From Escherichia phage CAU_ECP01, in the sequence record PQ572755.1: 64,000 bases of DNA, one strand, 5' to 3'. Under the pieces are notes generated by a model. It worked only from the letters and a program-made list of their open reading frames with translations, made no database searches and was not told where the DNA came from. Position 1 is the first letter of the stretch, and each line of letters starts with the position of its first letter. Made by a program: the position numbers and the translations under genes. This document shows, piece by piece, positions 63,761 to 64,000 of this stretch.

Positions 63761-64000
63761 CTATTTTATAAAGACTTTTGACGAGGCCTGAGAAACAGTG
63801 TCCCCGCATGAAATTGGGTCAGCCATTTGAACGGCCTTTTTACCGGTGACATATACTTTAGATGTACGAGGTTCAGTAACACCACCATGAGTCTCGTACG
63901 GTTTTTTAATTTCTGTATGAGGTGTTATTTGGTCTCCTGCTACAAGAACAGGAATACCGCCTGTGAATACTTTAGATTGAGAAGCATTAATTACTGTAGG
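63761..64000 (-). CDS. 5: baseplate hub / tail lysozyme-needle protein gp5, C-terminal fragment (runs off the window)
   Basis: Open frame to the window edge ending ...[23 protein letters not shown], gp5-like C-terminus. Confidence 0.7.
   Translation of the reverse strand, partial: PTVINASQSKVFTGGIPVLVAGDQITPHTEIKKPYETHGGVTEPRTSKVYVTGKKAVQMADPISCGDTVSQASSKVFIK

Overview
This window is a contiguous segment of a T4-like (T-even, Tequatrovirus-like) myovirus genome, colinear with T4 from the frd region to the C-terminus of gene 5. Plus-strand bases 1-22700 form an early/middle nucleotide-metabolism and accessory block: frd, td, nrdA, nrdB, denA, rnlA, alc, a spanin pair, pseT, a small-ORF cluster, a DAHP synthase homolog, cd, gene 31, rIII, a second small-ORF cluster with a NADAR-like and a HAD-like protein, DNA ligase and alt. 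The rest is the late morphogenesis block, mostly on the minus strand: baseplate hub genes 54-48-29-28-27-51, a divergent 26-25-uvsY unit, uvsW, an inh-like ORF, hoc, rnlB, then 24-23-22-21-68-67-20-19-18-17-16-15-14-13-wac-12-11-10-9-8-7-6 and partial gene 5. Gene calls rest on ORF structure and on protein sequences I recognise from memory as T4 homologs; no database search was run. Regulatory signals are T4-typical: about ten early promoters (GTTTAC, ~18 bp, TAnnAT), MotA-box middle promoters, TATAAATA late promoters, and many UUCG-tetraloop hairpins. No tRNA, CRISPR array, IS element, group I intron or seg/mob homing endonuclease gene was seen. The most interesting departures from T4 are the phage-encoded DAHP synthase beside cd, the NADAR-like/HAD-like gene pair near alt, clear gp26/gp51 paralogy around overlapping divergent late promoters, inverted repeats flanking the -10 of several early promoters, and a perfect palindrome at the nrdB transcription start region. 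None of these is proven to be a new system; each is flagged with its basis below.
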